Below, in pieces: positions 60,935 through 64,000 of a stretch of 64,000 nt of DNA. The notes under the pieces are model-generated. The model worked only from the letters and a program-made list of their open reading frames with translations. It was not told where the DNA came from and ran no database searches. The position numbers and the translations under genes are program-made. The stretch covers positions 603 through 64,602 of the forward strand of contig JAHFNT010000004.1 in NCBI GenBank assembly GCA_023267195.1, given 5' to 3'. Within the stretch, counting starts at the first letter, position 1, and each line of letters opens with the position of its first letter. The stretch comes from Candidatus Nomurabacteria bacterium (GTDB taxonomy: Bacteria; Patescibacteriota; Minisyncoccia; Phycocordibacterales; UBA9973).

Positions 60935-61705
60935 CTAAAAAATAAATAAGGACAATAATTTTTGCCAAAAATTTAAAGAATGAAATTTTATAGTGTTAAA
61001 AACTTTAGAAAAACTAGAAAAAATGGCGTGTGAAAATTTGCGTACAGCAGAAATAGAAGTTGTTGGTTTAACGGAAGTATTTACCTTAGAGCTTGACGAT
61101 TTAGCGGGTAATAAAAAACCAGTGGAAGCTGGCTGAATACGCACGCTGGTTATTCTCGGGGCAGAAGTTTGGTTTAAGGCTGGAAAAACTGGAAACAAAA
61201 TTAGGTTATTGGCAATTGGCAGGGTCTTTAATACAGATGAAACAAAACCTAAACCTACACTACCTGGAGCTTCAATGGGAGCAGTGGGACGCCAATCCGT
61301 TCGCACATCGCAATAATTGGGACAATCAAAGGTGAGTGTACCAACTAGGTCTCCAGTGGCTGTACCAGAAAATCTGCCCGTGGAAGTATTTATCGAAACA
61401 TTATCAAAATCAATGTAACCAAGCCCTTCCCCCCAAGCCGAACCCGAAAGATTACCGTTGCCATCATTTAAGACTCCTCCCTGGTTTGGGGCAAAATTAA
61501 TGTAGCCAGTATTTTCTGACCAAGCATATCCCGACAAAGCACTATCGGTTACCGTAATGCCACCATTAGTTGGAGCAAAATTAATGTAGCCAACTTGATC
61601 ACTCCAGGCATATTTATATGAACCAGTAATGTTATCTGCGCTAGCAAAAGCTAATGGAGTAAATAAACTTACAATAAATACATATATAAATTTTTTATGT
61701 TTCAT
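60935..61705 (-). CDS. secreted protein with three tandem 27-aa repeats (GYAWS...GYINFAP)
   Basis: Signal peptide. Repeats SYKYAWSDQVGYINFAPTNGG, SGYAWSENTGYINFAPNQGG and SGSAWGEGLGYIDFDN. Confidence 0.55.
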   Translation of the reverse strand: MKHKKFIYVFIVSLFTPLAFASADNITGSYKYAWSDQVGYINFAPTNGGITVTDSALSGYAWSENTGYINFAPNQGGVLNDGNGNLSGSAWGEGLGYIDFDNVSINTSTGRFSGTATGDLVGTLTFDCPNYCDVRTDWRPTAPIEAPGSVGLGFVSSVLKTLPIANNLILFPVFPALNQTSAPRITSVRIQPASTGFLLPAKSSSSKVNTSVKPTTSISAVRKFSHAIFSSFSKVFNTIKFHSLNFWQKLLSLFIF

Positions 61706-61708
61706 AAA

Positions 61709-62194
61709 TCACTTCTTTGTACCCTGTTTCAAGTCTTGCGACGTATTAATAGAAATTGGTGCCACATTTATTATTTTATTAGATGATGGACGATACAAGA
61801 TTGCTTTCATCGAAGTGGTATACGCAAATAAAATATCTCCGTTTTGGGCTTCCGCAAAAAATGCTTGATCTTTTAATTTTTCCCTGTCAGAGATTGTGGC
61901 TACTGTAGGCGTCTCTCCTTTTGGTAATTCTATAATCTTTCCCAGCAATTCAACCAATCTCTCGGTTTCTTTTTGCGCTTCAACGTTTGCATCTACGACT
62001 AAAGACTTAGATTTGTTATAAAAATACACCGAGCCGTAAATACCAGCAATTGCCACTAGCACCAAAACAATGAGCGCTAACCTCTTAGAATCAAGACCCT
62101 TGATAATTATTTTTTCTTTTTTCACTTCGGGCATTTCCATTTTCACTTCCCTACTTTCTGTATCTAAATTTTCTATAATTGTTTTTCTTGGCAT
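61709..62194 (-). CDS. hypothetical membrane-anchored protein
   Basis: 161 aa with a single TM. Confidence 0.45.
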   Translation of the reverse strand: MPRKTIIENLDTESREVKMEMPEVKKEKIIIKGLDSKRLALIVLVLVAIAGIYGSVYFYNKSKSLVVDANVEAQKETERLVELLGKIIELPKGETPTVATISDREKLKDQAFFAEAQNGDILFAYTTSMKAILYRPSSNKIINVAPISINTSQDLKQGTKK

Positions 62195-62211
62195 ACTTTT
62201 ATTAATTAATT

Positions 62212-64000
62212 TTATAAAGCTGACTCTGGTGCGGAGTCAGGAGTGGAAGCAGGTTCAGGATTTGGAATTGGAGTTGCTTCTGGTTCTGAAATTACTTCAG
62301 GAGCTGGGTCTGATACAGGTTCTATAACAGGAACAGGATCTAGTTCTGGTACAGGCGCTGATTCTGGAATAATTTCTTCAGCCGAAGGCTCCACGCCAGA
62401 GGACGGGCTAGGACCAGCCTCTAGTTGAGTCTCTGGAACAGGGATAGACTCTGGAGTGGTTTCGGGTGTAGATTCTGGCACAGGCACCGATTCTGAAATC
62501 GGAGCTATATTGGCATTATTCAAAAACGCATTTATCTGATCGCCATTCACACATACTTCATTGCCATCAGTTTTCTTCACACAAAGCTGTTCAGTATGAA
62601 TTTTATTCGCAAAAACTTCGTCAAAATATCCACGAATTGCAGTTATTCGAGCAGAAACAAAGTCTGTTAAGAATTGTTTGCCATCTGAAATTTTCTGTCC
62701 GATAATTACAATTGGATCACGAGCATCCTCAGCTTGAATAGTTGAAATTAAAGTATCTAAACCATCTGTCTTTGACATATCTCCCAGTAGCATTTCTGTT
62801 TGCTCAAAATTTCCTAAATCAAAATTCTTTATAAAAGCTAACACTATACCAATTTCACTTCCATCAAATGACGACATCGCCTGACCAATAACTACCCCAG
62901 CACCATTTGATTTCATTGCAACACCTGGAACTGAAGAAGTTGTAAGATAATCCCCCACCGAGATAGATCCATTTTCTGTATTTACTTTCACTGGCACACG
63001 ACCAGACAAGGCTATAGGCAAGGCTGTAACGCCTTCAGTTGTTATTTCGCCGATAACTAGAGCAGGCGTTGTAGATACTATGCCTATTGCCCCCTTGTCA
63101 TTAATACCGACAGATTTTTTAATTCCTGATTGTAAGGTTGAATCTAAGCTGACAACATCACCTGCTTCAATATTTTCATCATTTGTCGAATATGTTTCAG
63201 CTAAGTCTGCACCATCCGCAGTAGAAGGAGTTCCTAAAATTCTCCAAGCACCATTTACATAAGCTACTACATAATTTTCTGTGACAGTACCATTCGTATT
63301 TGCATTTGCCACTGTACTGATAGTTGTACTATTTATACTAACAGTAACAGTCATTGTACCAGAGTTACAGCCTCCGTCGATTGCTTTACTGACTATATAA
63401 GCATAAGCACCTTCAGTAGCAGACAAGCCGGTTATATTGAAAGTTTTTGTTCCAGTACTGCAGTTACCTGTAGTATCCGTAGAAGAAATGTAGTAAATGA
63501 GCGCTTTTGTAGAAATAGTTGAAGTTGTAGTTGAATCAGTTGTAGCTGTAGTAGACACATTTCCCGTCCAACTTCCAGTAACACTTATATCTGACGATCC
63601 AGTAAGAATTCCGGCTGAAGTAATCGTTCCCGTACCAGTCGTTGATATGTTGGCAGAAGTAGAGATATTCCCACTTGCCGTTATTGAGGTAATACCTGAC
63701 AAAGCTCCAGCACTCGATACATTCAACCCTCCACCCGACGCCAAAATAAAGGTTCCTGTTGCATTACCAATAGAAACATTCCCCGTCCCCGTTGTAGCAA
63801 TCGTCACGTTCGATGCCCCAGAAGTTCCCAAATTTGTTGCTCCTGTTGAGGACAGTGTAGTAAACGCACCAGTTGAAGTTGTCGTCGCGCCAATAGCTGT
63901 ATTGTTAATACCCGTCGCTGTTGTATTAAAGTTGCCTGAAGTAAATGTAACATTATTTACCCCTGTATTTACCGATGAAGAACTAAGACCTGAGAGAATT
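62212..64000 (-). CDS. partial CDS (N-terminus off window): large Gly/Thr/Ser/Asn-rich fiber-like surface protein with peptidase-S74-like (intramolecular chaperone) region and Pro/Glu-rich tail
   Basis: The reading frame stays open upstream of the track start (a TTG at 63831) to the window end. Low-complexity beta-helix-like NVSIGNATGT repeats. ISDGKQFLTDFVSARITAIRGYFDEVFANKIHTEQLCVKKTDGNEVCV resembles tail-fibre S74 chaperone domains. C-terminal PEPxPxP tract. Confidence 0.5.
   Translation of the reverse strand, partial: ILSGLSSSSVNTGVNNVTFTSGNFNTTATGINNTAIGATTTSTGAFTTLSSTGATNLGTSGASNVTIATTGTGNVSIGNATGTFILASGGGLNVSSAGALSGITSITASGNISTSANISTTGTGTITSAGILTGSSDISVTGSWTGNVSTTATTDSTTTSTISTKALIYYISSTDTTGNCSTGTKTFNITGLSATEGAYAYIVSKAIDGGCNSGTMTVTVSINSTTISTVANANTNGTVTENYVVAYVNGAWRILGTPSTADGADLAETYSTNDENIEAGDVVSLDSTLQSGIKKSVGINDKGAIGIVSTTPALVIGEITTEGVTALPIALSGRVPVKVNTENGSISVGDYLTTSSVPGVAMKSNGAGVVIGQAMSSFDGSEIGIVLAFIKNFDLGNFEQTEMLLGDMSKTDGLDTLISTIQAEDARDPIVIIGQKISDGKQFLTDFVSARITAIRGYFDEVFANKIHTEQLCVKKTDGNEVCVNGDQINAFLNNANIAPISESVPVPESTPETTPESIPVPETQLEAGPSPSSGVEPSAEEIIPESAPVPELDPVPVIEPVSDPAPEVISEPEATPIPNPEPASTPDSAPESAL

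Overview
This is a 64 kb chromosomal window from an AT-rich, gene-dense bacterium with a reduced, CPR/Patescibacteria-like housekeeping layout (inference). Most genes are on the minus strand. Readable operons include proS-mreB-mreC-tgt, rpsB-tsf, dnaG-rpoD, rpoB-rpoC, rpsP-KH-trmD, nusB-rnc-smc-like, thrS, a split gyrB, pheS, proBCA, glnA and a two-component system. There are three tRNAs (Asn-GTT, Cys-GCA, Thr-TGT). The ORF track does not annotate several RNA elements that I could read directly. One is a type-A RNase P RNA (rnpB) on the minus strand, with its own consensus promoter and terminator. Another is a compact T-box leader with terminator/antiterminator upstream of thrS. Against the AT-rich background, four short GC-rich islets stand out. 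Islet 3887-4303 is an orphan ORF with a consensus -35 promoter. Islet 9180-10205 holds tandemly duplicated promoter-leader-hairpin modules, each driving a small GC-rich ORF with its own terminator. Islet 32870-34140 is a self-contained three-gene operon (a TSCPD-domain protein and two zinc-ribbon proteins) sitting where rimM is expected, between the KH-domain gene and trmD. Islet 46985-47365 is a hairpin-rich element with no trustworthy ORF. These islets are the best candidates for foreign or undescribed material in the window, possibly acquired from a high-GC host, but that origin is inference only. Other points worth a second look are gyrB broken by an in-frame TAA inside a 42 bp insertion flanked by 9 bp direct repeats, a NusB-Nudix fusion, a PaaX-like regulator flanked by two copies of a 28 bp palindrome, an SMC-like ATPase with a zinc-hook-like CPLCG, a UvrD-helicase/Cas4-like nuclease fusion, and a surface-protein cluster next to a two-component system. 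I found no CRISPR array, transposase or integrase.
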